A program made the translations under genes and the position numbers. A stretch of 59,555 bases of DNA, counting the filler, from Catajapyx aquilonaris (taxonomy: Eukaryota), in assembly GCA_000934665.2 (NCBI GenBank). It is 4 parts of 4 records of this genome, joined end to end, with 100 filler letters (N's around TTAATTAATTAA, not from the genome) between each part and the next. Parts side by side here need not be neighbours in the genome. Positions count along the whole stretch, not along the records: positions 1 to 14,632 come from JYFJ02007723.1; positions 14,733 to 29,404 come from JYFJ02007724.1; 2 more parts are not named here. One strand, given 5' to 3'. This document shows positions 12,636-23,456 of this stretch, in pieces. Below the pieces are notes generated by a model. It saw only the letters and a program-made list of their open reading frames with translations. It did not search any database and was not told where the DNA came from. Positions within the stretch are counted from its first letter, which is position 1, and each line of letters opens with the position of its first letter.

Positions 12636-14632
12636 TATACGAGTGTATATATGATATAAATAAGAAAACGGCAGAACTATTTCACTTTAAGTAGTTACAA
12701 TTTAATACGTATTTGAAGTTCATGATGGATATGTGCCTCTCGGTATACGTTTGTATGTGGTATTACTAGGAAAGCTGGACACCACTGACACGTTCGCGTA
12801 CAGTATCCTAATGCACAATAACAAATGTGTAATATTAGGCATGACGCGAGCGCGAAATTTCTACATAGCACACACGCACTGTCACATAATTACAGTGGAC
12901 AACAAATGTCGCACCGTGAACCCACTTTATTGGTGCATTAACCATCCGAAAGGAAGGTCAGGCGTTTCTCTACACATAAATCTGGAGTTGGCTGCTTCTT
13001 CACCTGAGTCACTGGGACACAGGCCAAGGCGACACGTGCTGTAAGTGTTACTCTCGGTACACAAAACAGTCAAGACCTGTTCAAGTTAACGACTTAAGAA
13101 AAAAGTGTATCGTACTGTAGAAGCCATGTCTGCTCTATTCCAGTCTAAGCCTAACCAGATTTTTTCTCTCTTTTTTTTCGAATAGAAACCGAAAAGGTGG
13201 CCCGGGGTGACCTGAATTTACTTCCCGGACATAGTTGAAGTAACAATAGATGCTCCTGGTGCTGTTTGTGGCCTTGTGCAGAAGGACAAAATGAAGACGG
13301 TCATTACAGGTGGATTGCGGTCAACCACTGTTTGGGTTTTTGTGGCATTGTTCTGGGATATACATAGTTGTTCGTCTCGCTCGGGTTTCTTCGAGGGACT
13401 GGGGAAGTGGGGTGAGAGGAGGAGCCAAAAGATCGTGGCCACAATGATAATCTCATTGCAATTTGACGTGTGAAAGTAATTTTACACACCTTGCCAATTT
13501 CGAATTTTTGATTCTCAGAAGTCACACCGGGCTGATTTTTTTATTTTAATTTTAATACATTTTTGACTTTCACAGCGAGTTATATGCATGTTAAACGACG
13601 ATGTTTAGATACCTTGCAGCAAAAAAACTAGGCCTTGTTAAGTCTACATGCCTTTCCTAATTTGGCATGACTGGGGCATTACCTGGAGGCATTTACTTCA
13701 CGGCTGTCAGCATGGATCGGTTATGATTAGAGCAGAGTGATAATTTAGGCATTGTTGGCCTGCTTCATACACATTCTCTGATGGTCGGCATGATTACTTT
13801 CACGCTTCAAAAACAACCGTGTCATTTACCTCAGCAAATTACCATCTCATTCATCTCGAAACCATACAGTAAAAGACTCTTAAAGCAGTAGCTGAATAAA
13901 TGAAGCCCTGTAACATCCATGAAACCGCTGCTAAAGAGTTAAATAATGCTCCATACTAATTACCCTTTCTCCCTCCCTCCCCCCTCCCCTATCTGTGTGT
14001 GTCTGTGTGTATACTCTGTATATGCAGCTGGCAGCAGAAGCCTGCACATAAATATTTAATCTTCCTAGTTTGGACCCCCAACCCATGCAGCTTACGAACT
14101 TGCAAAGTTTAAGAGCGTCTGAAATCCCCCCCTCGAAATGCGCTTTCCGTGTAAAATAGAATGGTACCTATTTTGTGGGCGATTTTAGACAAGAATATTG
14201 CAACTCCTTGACTCCACGGCCGCTTCAAGCGGCCGTGCTTGACTCAGAGACTGGTGGCGTCAGATGGCATTAGTGGTCAGGCGTGAGAATAAAGCGGTTA
14301 TGTAGCTTCGAGAGAGAGAAAGAAATGGGCTGGCTGAAGGAACTCTCGGAATTTCTGGCTTGGGAATAGGTGACAGACGAGGGGTTTCCAAATTTTTCAC
14401 TTCTCTTTCGGAGGGGTAGGGAAATGACGACTGTTTTCACGATGCGTTAAGCAGGAGATGAAGGGGGCTTGTCTCAAAACACAAACTAGTCGCAAATTAT
14501 TGCCTTTGACTTGATCTCTGCTGTGGGAGATATACCAGGGTGTATCTGAACTCAGTGCCCCGAGGTATATGACTGCCTTCCTAGCCACCAGAGGATCGAT
14601 TTAAGTATAGGAATCATTATGTTTGGCCGCCG

Positions 14633-14732
14633 NNNNNNNNNNNNNNNNNNNNNNNNNNNNNNNNNNNNNNNNNNNNTTAATTAATTAANNNNNNNNNNNN
14701 NNNNNNNNNNNNNNNNNNNNNNNNNNNNNNNN
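14633..14732. other. assembly linker/gap
   Basis: 44 N + TTAATTAATTAA (stops in all six frames) + 44 N. Confidence 0.98.
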
Positions 14733-14922
14733 AGGGGAACACCAACCAGTCGCCGCACAGCACCAGGAGACACTCGGGTCTCGAACCACGGACATCTTCC
14801 ACCAGGGAGGCCACCAGCTCTTCCTCTTCAGACCAGGATGAAGAAGATGTAACGTGGACTTGACCAGATGTAAGGGAAGCCACTGCACAGAGAGCAACAA
14901 CTGCTACACGCATCGCCTCCAT
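14733..14922 (-). CDS. ionotropic receptor paralog, N-terminal ~63 codons (rest lost in gap)
   Basis: MEAMRVAVVALCAVASLTSGQVHVTSSSSWSEEEELVASLVEDVRGSRPECLLVLCGDWLVFP is nearly identical to the N-terminus of the 26152-28068 IR, with in-frame 3-nt indels. Confidence 0.85.
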
Positions 14923-14927
14923 GATAG

Positions 14928-14962
14928 AACTGAACTATTCCGATCGATTCCTTCCTTTTATA
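14928..14962 (-). promoter_or_regulatory. TATA box + initiator core promoter of the IR copy
   Basis: Minus strand TATAAAA (14962-14956) and TCAGTT (14933-14928); A+1 at 14931 is 31 nt from the first T of TATA. Confidence 0.7.
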
Positions 14963-16697
14963 TGAGAATAGACTCCAGATTTGGCGATTGACTTATTTGA
15001 TAGAATAGAATGGATCGCTGCAGATATCGCATATTTTTCAATAACTAAAGCCTGCATCTAAATAGGTAAAAAAAACTTCTTGAATCACCCTCCTATAATC
15101 TCTCGTAATTATTATTTGCTGTATTTAGCAGACCTTTCGCTCGCAAAATATTATATGAGGATGTCAGGAGTGCCGGTAATTTGACCATCACATCAGAAAA
15201 TTGCGACTTATGACGGCTTTATAACCACTATTTCTCGTCATGAAGAGAAGCAAATTGATTTTCTTATCTATATTTTATATTCTTAACAATATAATTATCC
15301 TTTCCGTGGTTGTTTTAGTAATTTACCTGCCATAATATTATATGTGCTCTATAAATTAGAGTGGATTTCTTTCCTGACTGTGTCAAGTAAGGTATTCATT
15401 CGCCTTTCACTGGAATAGGTCTCACATTAACTTCAAATAGCAGCATGCTCTTTATATAGTAAATTATGCGTCCAAGGCAATTACATGTATGTACACACAT
15501 ATGTATGAGGAATATTTTTGGCCAAGTGGTGAGCCATAAATTGCCATAGCCTACCTTATAAAAATAGACCATAAATTGCCCTCCTTCATGGGTTCTTGCT
15601 CATCCTTTATGATAATTCCACTGCGCACATATATATATGTCCTTATTCAAATGCACATTAAGCAGATTTTGTCCATTATCACGAGTTACTTAAGCACAAA
15701 CGATTTTATACGAAAACGTTTTATTTATTGACAAGACTTTATTAATGTGCTATACTTTTACAATTATGCCACCTTTGTTTGATGCTGAGGATGTCGGTAA
15801 TGACTCATGATCCCTTACTCTGGCAGACTTCCAAAACAAACCATTTTCCATGCTGTAGTACAACTGGTGAAATCAATAGGACAGTCGATGTGTAATCGTG
15901 TTCCTGTGGGGGGGTTGCATGTTTCATACCCGGAGCGACTGTTTTCCATTTACTGTTTTCCGTTGATGGTAGGCCCCACTCTTTACTCCAACAGTGCAAA
16001 TTACTCGAGACCTACCAAGGTCACTGATGTCATGTCACATGTGGCCATTACTCTGTTTGAATCGGGTCAGTTCAGGAATTATTAACAAAGGAAGACGAAC
16101 ACTTTTCCCGCCAATTCCATAGCAAGGGTTGGAGGGTTGATCTGAAGATGGCAGCACCTCCAAGCTAATGGATGCCGAAAGCAGCGCTGTGGTGTGGCAC
16201 AAACGAGAACTACCTTGTGTAAAATATTAATCAGACAACAACTACTGTATATACAGACACTGTAAATCAAATGTTCAAAGCACCTGTTAATATATCGCGG
16301 GAGAAATATGATATTTTTTTGCGTTGCCTACAATACTTCATGAATAGCTACAGTTACTCTCTAGGAAGAGACGAGTTGACACTGTCACAATAACGTAGGC
16401 TCATTGCCTCCACGTCAGGTTTTTCCACAAAGTGAGTATAAAGATTCAGGAAAATCACACAGAACAGTATATAGCCGCAGAGTAAAAAAGCTTCATTTAA
16501 AAAAAAATAAAAAATAAAAAGAAGCTGTATTTTTCATTTTATTAATTTGTTCAATTTGTCATACCTGCCACAAAGTCAAAACCTATTTTCTAAGCTTTAC
16601 ATTGGTTTGACACATTTTTATAGCAGCGGGCTCAGTATGTAGGCAACCAGACAGATATTCTCCATTTGTGTCGAAACTCTACGTGATGTAAGTTTTT

Positions 16698-16780
16698 ACA
16701 TATTTCCCCCGAAATCAGCATTAAAAATATACAAGAAACACCTCTCACTTTGAAGAAAAAAATTTCATCGCAGGCCTGTG
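16698..16780 (-). mobile_element. terminus of a CACAG-ended non-autonomous DNA transposon (Transib-like end); second copy at ~19322-19408
   Basis: Two ~85-bp copies ending ...AAGAAACACCTCTCACTTT...TCGCAGGCCTGTG; reverse complement starts CACAGGCCTGCGA. Superfamily inferred only from the CACAG end. Confidence 0.5.
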
Positions 16781-17258
16781 AGATATTATAATAAGTTATA
16801 TATTATTATTATTATCTATTATTTTATCGCGAACCATGCATGACCAAGGCCTCTAACTTAGCCTACTGAACCTTGTGTCAGTCACAACAAGTGTCACCAA
16901 ATATGACTGATGTAACGCAAACACATCACTAATTATTGAGGTCACAATATTATTCTTGGGCATGCGACTGAGCAGGTGACCAATGAAATGCTATCAAATT
17001 TATTTTTGCATTTTAGAGGAGAACTGATTCCAGCGACACATTCTCCTTGTGTGTTTCTTCCTTTTGATGTATATGTTCATTGGGTTCTGATCACTTCCAC
17101 TAACCGAAAAAAAAATTCTCCCAAAAACGCCTCATTTTCAGTCATTTCCATACTTTTGCGATTTATTTTCCTCGTCAAGGTATTTCGCAATATGGATTAA
17201 ATTTTACAAGCATCATTAACGAATAGTTGAGTACATCTGCGATTACTTTGACCATGAT

Positions 17259-17419
17259 TGTAATAGACCCATTTCACTACTGTTTGTTTTCCTTATCGCT
17301 GTTATTCTTCAAGCATGTGAGTGGGAATATATCTCTTGAACTGTAAGGTTCTCTTGTGGCAGTCCGTCTTTTACTCCAATCCTGCTTCGTCCCCGCTGCG
17401 TGCCTTTGACATTATTACA
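17259..17419 (+). repeat. 5' LTR
   Basis: TGTAATAGACCC...ATTATTACA; direct repeat of 19049-19209. Confidence 0.95.
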
Positions 17420-17421
17420 AG

Positions 17422-17432
17422 TGGTAGCAGAG
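17422..17432 (+). promoter_or_regulatory. primer binding site complementary to animal initiator tRNA-Met
   Basis: TGGTAGCAGAG, 2 nt after the LTR, is the reverse complement of ...CUCUGCUACCA, the 3' end of metazoan tRNAiMet. Confidence 0.85.
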
Positions 17433-17549
17433 CTGTAGTACGTTCGCGGCGTTGCGCTGTTGTCTCGGTCCGTTTTTTTTTTGGAACCCCGTGGTCTCGG
17501 ACCTGTTGTGCGCCATCAGCTGGGCGTGGGGTGGATCGTGTGTGCCGCA

Positions 17550-18677
17550 ATGGCCGACAACTCGGAAGCCAGGTTCCAGGCCCTGTTTGAGGGTCAGCAA
17601 CAACTGATGCAGGGTATGATGAATGCAGTTCACCAGGCTCGACTGCCGCAGCCCCCACTGGCGCCATTTGATGGGGACCCACAGAACCCCGTCCGGAAGT
17701 GGCTATTCCAGCTGGATGCCTACTTTATGGCGCGTAACATCACAGACGACGGTACGCGAGTGGCCTACATTCCCACGCTTCTCGGTAAGAACGCTTTGGA
17801 CTGGAACATGCACAGGACCCAGACGGTCGGTGTGTTTCCTACCTACGCAGCATTCAGTGCGGCTCTTATCGGGGCGTTAGAACCGTCGAACTTCCAGTCG
17901 CAGTTGCGTTGCGAATTGGCCGCCTTACAGCAAGGCCCGTCAATTGCCGAGTATATCGCCAATTTCACCGCTAAAATAAATCAGGCGGAAAGTATGGGCG
18001 AATCGGACAAAGTGTTCTATTTCACGGAGGGTCTTCGGCGGGACGTGCAGAAGGAGGTCCGTTATAGAGCACCAGCCGACTTAGCCACGGCAGTGACCAT
18101 AGCGACGCAGTATGCAGACGCGGCACGTGGAGCGGCAGCCCTTCCGGCCGTTTCACAGCCAGATCGTCAACCGGGGTACCGCGCCCCAGCGCCTGCCGCC
18201 ATCACCCAGAACTCCTTCGCGGGACAACCGATGGATATCTCCAGTCTGACGCGAGGCAAACCACGGTGGCTGCGCGGAGGTGACAAGTGTTATCAGTGCG
18301 GTGGGAGGGGTCATATGCGGAACCAGTGTCCCAGTAAAAGGGGCGCTCCGGCCGGAAGTGCCCAGTTGAGTGTGCTGCAAGAGCGTTCCGGCGCGCTCAG
18401 TTCGGTGGGTGCCGACCGAGCCTTGATCCAGATCAACGGGTTCCTCGAGGGTCTACCCGTGAAATGCCTCCTGGATAGCGGTTCGTCTGGCTGTTTTTTG
18501 GACATCAATTTTGCCAGGAACAGCAAGCTGCAGATGGTGCGGGAACCCAAGAGTGAAAGTAGACTAGTCCGTATGGCAGATGGCACCATGCGCTATAGTG
18601 AATATACTGTACAGGTACCCAAGTTGGTGTTGGGTGAGTTTCAATGCGAATTAACATGTGCCCTCTCGCCCCGCTGA
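17550..18677 (+). CDS. gag: Gag (capsid + CCHC knuckle) fused to retropepsin aspartic protease, 375 aa from first ATG
   Basis: PFDGDP..VRKWLFQLDAYF capsid-like motif, LQQGPSIAEYIANF (MHR-like), CYQCGGRGHMRNQC zinc knuckle, CLLDSGSSGCF protease active site, VRMADG flap. Confidence 0.92.
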   Translation: MADNSEARFQALFEGQQQLMQGMMNAVHQARLPQPPLAPFDGDPQNPVRKWLFQLDAYFMARNITDDGTRVAYIPTLLGKNALDWNMHRTQTVGVFPTYAAFSAALIGALEPSNFQSQLRCELAALQQGPSIAEYIANFTAKINQAESMGESDKVFYFTEGLRRDVQKEVRYRAPADLATAVTIATQYADAARGAAALPAVSQPDRQPGYRAPAPAAITQNSFAGQPMDISSLTRGKPRWLRGGDKCYQCGGRGHMRNQCPSKRGAPAGSAQLSVLQERSGALSSVGADRALIQINGFLEGLPVKCLLDSGSSGCFLDINFARNSKLQMVREPKSESRLVRMADGTMRYSEYTVQVPKLVLGEFQCELTCALSPR

Positions 18678-18888
18678 TTGGGTCGATAAAAATGCCCGAC
18701 CACCACCTGTGTTTGTAAGCAAGCAGGGGCCCATGTACAAAGTAGAGCGCATTGTGCGTAAGAAGTTGGTGAAGGGAAAGTCCTATTTCCTGGTAAAATG
18801 GGTTGGTTATCCATCTAGTGATAATACTTGGGAACCGTTCAAGAGTGTCAAGCATTTGCCCTCATTGTTAGCGAAGTTTCGCAAATAG
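18658..18888 (+). CDS. integrase C-terminal linker + chromodomain remnant (+1 frame relative to gag-PR)
   Basis: RPPPVFV..GPMYKVERIVRKKLVKGKSYFLVKWVGYPSSDNTWEPFKSV is a classic chromodomain with Y/W/Y aromatic cage residues; internal ATG at 18733. Confidence 0.85.
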   Translation: MPSRPADWVDKNARPPPVFVSKQGPMYKVERIVRKKLVKGKSYFLVKWVGYPSSDNTWEPFKSVKHLPSLLAKFRK

Positions 18889-19048
18889 TTTGGTTTTGTT
18901 GCTTTTTTTTCTCTTGTACGGTACGATTCTTTTTGTATTTGATGATTGTGCTTGGAGTTCGAGGCTGGTACAGTTGTACTCGGTTATATACTTGCATTAT
19001 ATGGGTTTTGCCTTGTATTCGACTTGTTTTCATTTTTGTGTGGGGTGA

Positions 19049-19209
19049 TGTAATAGACCCATTTCACTACTGTTTGTTTTCCTTATCGCTGTTATTCTTC
19101 AAGCATGTGAGTGGGAATATATCTCTTGAACTGTAAGGTTCTCTTGTGGCAGTTCGTCTTTTACTCCAATCCTGCTTCGTCCCCGCTGCGTGCCTTTGAC
19201 ATTATTACA
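19049..19209 (+). repeat. 3' LTR
   Basis: 160/161 identical to the 5' LTR. Confidence 0.95.
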
Positions 19210-19460
19210 AAGATCCGAGACGGTCTCGCAACATTTAGGCCCACTTGATTCGGAAAGACTCCTAGTAAATCGTTCAAAGTTTTCAAAAGGTATGTCTCAA
19301 AAACTGTGGGTGATGAAGGTTTTGCGTATTTCCCCCGATACCAGCATTTAAAAATACATAAGAAACACCTCTCACTTTCAAGGGAAAAAAAATCCTCGCA
19401 GGCCTGTGTTCTGTATCGAGGGCAGCCCACGGACACTTATACTACGTTCTGGCGTTATCA

Positions 19461-19760
19461 CCTGCCGAGGCATTTTGCACCAGGTGCTCACCTGAGACCG
19501 CCATGAGACATTCGCAGGCCACGATAAGTGGCGACCCTACCGGACTCAGGCTGAACTTCATAGGTACGAAAGGGGAGGGCTGGAAGGCTACATTGGGGGG
19601 CCCAACATGGCCGCCGGCGGCAATGTTGGGCCAGTATGTAGCCCTCCCCTTTCGTACCTATGAAGTTCAGCCTGAGTCCGGTAGGGTCGCCACTTATCGT
19701 GGCATCCGAATGTCTCATGGCGGTCCCAGGTGAGCACCCGGTGCAAAATTCCTCGGCAGG
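19461..19760. mobile_element. 300-bp GC-rich foldback (palindromic MITE-like) element
   Basis: CCTGCCGAGG...CCTCGGCAGG; ~120-bp arms with few mismatches plus an inner hairpin GGCCCAACAT..GCCGCCGGCGGC..ATGTTGGGCC; no clear TSD. Confidence 0.75.
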
Positions 19761-20071
19761 GGGTGGGTGGGAGTGACCAGACCTTACTTATATGACCGTG
19801 ATCGAGGGTGTTAATTCTTGCGGACTATGGCCGAGCCCTCTGATTGGTCCGCCCCCGTATTGTTGCCGCCACCTCTTCCTATTGGCCCACGTCCATTGTT
19901 GCTGCGTCGGATTCAAGACGCATTATGACGCCTCCGATTGGCCCCCGTTCCGAGCATGCGCAATGGGGGTGGGACACGTCCAGTTGCCTGCTGACCTCCT
20001 TGGGAGAAGGACGCTTTTTTTCGTCTCTCCCTGAGAATAAATAAATTCCTGCTGTATTTCTAATTGTTTTA

Positions 20072-20353
20072 CCGAAGCAGGTTGGCATAGTGGATAAGGC
20101 GTCCGACTGCTAATCGGGAGGTGCTGGGTTCGAATCCCGGGGCCGGCAACTCTGACCGTGGTTTACTGTGGTTTCCCACGGTCCTTCCAGGGAAATTCCG
20201 GAGTTGCTTCCGTAACTAATAGGCCACAGCCGCTTCCTTCCGTCCCTATCCTATCCCAATGAGCACAGTAAAATGAAAAGCAAAGAGTTTCAGGAAAAAC
20301 ATACTTCCACCCTAAAGAGCCGACGCGACGATGGCTGATAACGGGGTATGAAC

Positions 20354-20425
<72 letters not shown>
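20072..20425 (+). mobile_element. tRNA-Ser(GCU)-like SINE, full length, (TAT)n tail
   Basis: A box TGGCATAGTGG, GACTGCTAATC anticodon arm, B box GGTTCGAATCCC; TSD TATTTCTAATTGTTTTA at 20055-20071 and 20426-20442. Confidence 0.9.
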
Positions 20426-20429
<4 letters not shown>

Positions 20430-21359
20430 TCTAATTGTTTTATAAATCCGACCGGGGTTGTCTCCACCTACGATTTTTCCCCACCCCCTCGCGCGCGCTT
20501 GACCCCTGACTCTGAAACACCCTGTATAGGGCTCCCTTTCTGTTGACGCCAAGCAATGGAAGAGGCACCCCATCCTTAGTCAAAGCAGTTTATTCCTATA
20601 CAGGTGGGCCTTACAACATTCTCCAAAAATATAACTAACAGACCTTTGTCTCTATATCACAACTGAATGACCCTATGAGTGATTGATATAAGTTATATCC
20701 AATCTGTCAGACCTTCACATCGAATTACATCCAATGGTATTCCGGCCAGGTATTTCCGAGTTCAATTTCCAAGCACAATTCCTGGTAAATACACATCTGA
20801 ATCACCTTGTGCCCAAAATAACACAACAAATCAATTCTGATTTCTTTTTGACCGAACTGTGTGTCTGTTTCCGCTGGAATAAAGAATGGCCATTCCTCTC
20901 GAAGTTTTCTTGAACTGAATGATAAACTGGAAGGTGAATAATGACATTTTTTAAAAATAATTACAGAATATAATATTACAGGTCTGTATCAGAAGCAAAG
21001 TAGGGAACAAAAGGGATCCAGTGTTGATATAGAGACATTAGCGTGAATATTTCAGTAGAATAACATGTGCAATCGATATTGGCAGCATGATTCAGAGTGT
21101 GTCGCAGAAGTGACCACTCTATTGAGATGAACTTTATGCAGTAAAGGTATTTTGGATTTGAGTTATTAAACGCGTCTCTTTAATGTCAATAATGCGGCTG
21201 TAACAGCATTATTGCCCATATTGCCAAGTACACCCATATTCAGAAATATGATTCAAATATGATGACCCCAGGTTTGATATCAAATTAATAGCAGTTAGTC
21301 AGTCGTGATATATAACACTATATTTTGTCACATGGTAATACAATATTTGCAACTTAATC

Positions 21360-22328
21360 TTAGTCTCCCACAAGAATCTCAATGGCAAGNATGGTACCTG
21401 CTACAAATGAAATTCCAGCTTCCTTTGATACAACTATGGGCACAGTTCCTGCCTTATCCACAAATTGGGCTCCAATCGCCAACAATATATCAGAAGCTGA
21501 AACACAGGCGTAATTATTGAATTCGATTGATTTACCAACGCAGGTATTAAAGTCTATTTCATCAATCATGCTGGCTGCAATGGGTTTTAAATAACCCGAC
21601 CCATCATTCTCGAAGGCACTTTGATAGTAAGGTTTAGCTGCTTCCAATGTCCCCCACTCCCAGTGACGACGCCTTTCGTAGAGCTCTTGAAATGTCTTGG
21701 GTAGATCTTCCTGCAGTGGAGATGCTAAATGTCCAAAATAACGTGCTTCGTATGCACAAATTAAGATCACCGATCCAATCCACCAAAAGGAGATGAACAC
21801 TCGTGGAGCATCGCCTTCGGGTACACTGTTGGGATTTTCCTCAATCAGGGTGGAGAATGTGTATCTCAAGGAATAAAGGAGGAAGGATGGTGGAGCTTTA
21901 CCTGTTGGAAAAGGGCTGCTGAATAGATTCTGCGTTTTTAATACAATGCACAGGACGAAACTGCCCGTGAGGCAGGCCACAAATATTAGAACCCACATGT
22001 CTGGTGTATATGGCAAGAGGAGAGAATTCCAAGAATAACTAGGTCTGGACGTTCTTGTTGCGAACGTCATGAGGAAGTAATAAGAAGGAAATTTTATGTC
22101 AACCACTTCATACATTGAGTATGACAAAATTGGAAAACCAATTTCTGCATTTCTTCTCATTATTGCACCTGGTTGACCTGTGAAATTTCCATCTGGCAAA
22201 CGAATGTCAGGAATTTCTCCGTCGGCTATATGCTTACGTATCAGAGACATGGTATCATTTATCTGCCAATAAGACTGACATTGACATTGACTTGTTTCAG
22301 CAAGGAAGGTCAGCAACTCTGTTACCAT
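21360..22328 (-). pseudogene. divergent ionotropic receptor paralog lacking the N-terminal region; 3' part interrupted by a single N
   Basis: LPDGNFTGQPG (S1), PYTPDMWVLIF (M1), YTFSTLIEENPNSVPEGDAPRVFISFWWIG..YEARYFGHLASP (pore/M3) align to the 26152 IR; no signal peptide/ATD upstream; sequence jumps from S2 to M4-like LAIEIL at N 21390. Confidence 0.8.
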
Positions 22329-22513
22329 TTACTGAGGAGTCTGTGGCCTTCCTTCACATCTGCTGATCATGCATAAAATGATTTTTTTCTCCCTTGACAA
22401 AATTAATATCCCTTTGCATTGCTATTGAGCTATTAAGAGTGCAATGCTTGAAACTATGATATAGGGTGGCCATTTCCAAATCTTCAAACGTGATCGATAG
22501 TCACAACTTGATA

Positions 22514-22678
22514 CCGAAGCAGGTTGGTGTAGGGGATAATGAGCCCGCCTGCCAATCGGGAGGTCCTGGGTTCGAATCCCGGGGCCGGCGACCCGGATCA
22601 TGGTTTTCTGTGGTTTTCCATGGTCTCCCCCCAGGACAATTATTCCGGGGTCGTTTCCGTAAAAATAGGCCACAGCCC
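22514..22678 (+). mobile_element. 3'-truncated copy of the tRNA-Ser-like SINE
   Basis: CCGAAGCAGGTTGG head, GGTTCGAATCCC B box, core to TAGGCCACAGCC. Confidence 0.85.
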
Positions 22679-23170
22679 AGTAATTTTGTCTTAAACCTTG
22701 TCGCTGTTAAAGAACCAAAGTCATCGAAATATTGGGGTCATTCCGAATCAAGTGGGCCGAAGTGCTTGATCAGCTCTGGTTTTGGCGAAGAAACAAACAC
22801 AGAAGTACACAACAATTCCGTAACCCTAAATATAAAGTTTCATTCATATTGCAGAGGGGGTAAATTCGAAAATTTTTGGAAAGTACTCAAATGGGGGCCT
22901 TTTTTGGAAAAGCTTTTTCGGTTAGTGGAACTGGTCAAAACCCAATAAACATATATACTAAGGTATCAAGAGAAGTAAAAAAGACGAGAAAACGTAACTA
23001 TGAAATTAATTATTTTCCTCAAAAATGTAACCAGAGAAACGTGTGTGGCACATTCTCAGTCACATGTCCAAGAATTTGGACCCCGACATGAAGTGATATG
23101 TTTACGTACGTCAGTCATATTTTGTGACACGAATTGTACACAATCATAAGGTTTAATATTATGTTCACGA

Positions 23171-23456
23171 CCGAAGCAGGTTGGTGTAGTGGATATGGAG
23201 TCCGCCTGCTAATCGGGAGGTCCTGGGTTCGAGGTTCGAATCCCGGTGCCGGCAACTCTGACCGTGGTTTTCTGTGGTTTCCCGCGGTTCCTCCAGGTGA
23301 ATACCGGAGTTGTTTCCTAGTTAATAGGCCACAGCCGCTTCCTTCCATCCCTATCCCGTCCCAAAAAGCGAAATAAAGTTTACAAGAGTTCCAGCCAAAA
23401 AAACAAATCTCCCCCCTAAAAAGCCAGAACGGCTTCAATGGGGTATGATATTATTA
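23171..23456 (+). mobile_element. tRNA-Ser-like SINE, full length
   Basis: Same head/core; short (ATT)n tail; 18-bp TSD TTAATATTATGTTCACGA at 23153-23170 and 23457-23474. Confidence 0.9.

Larger units (their letters stand above)
14733..16289. repeat. segmental direct repeat of 27876-29404 (IR 5' end plus upstream region)
   Basis: Colinear match along the whole length (roughly 90% by eye); offset ~13.1 kb. Confidence 0.92.
17259..19209 (+). mobile_element. 1951-bp non-autonomous Ty3/Gypsy chromovirus-like LTR retrotransposon (gag-PR + chromodomain; no RT/RNase H/integrase core)
   Basis: 161-bp TG...CA LTRs at 17259-17419 and 19049-19209 differ at 1 nt; PBS TGGTAGCAGAG at 17422; short purine-rich GGGGTGA before the 3' LTR; flanks ATGAT/AAGAT (5-bp TSD, 1 mismatch). 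Confidence 0.93.

Noticed and set aside
12119..12694. 191-aa ORF
   Set aside because: Runs across two MITEs; no protein motif.
20072..20150. genuine tRNA-Ser gene (likewise 22514, 23171, 24864, 25157, 2483)
   Set aside because: No complete acceptor stem or variable arm; each continues into a SINE body, most with tail and TSD.
20163..20573. poly-Asn ORF
   Set aside because: Translation of the SINE (TAT)n tail.
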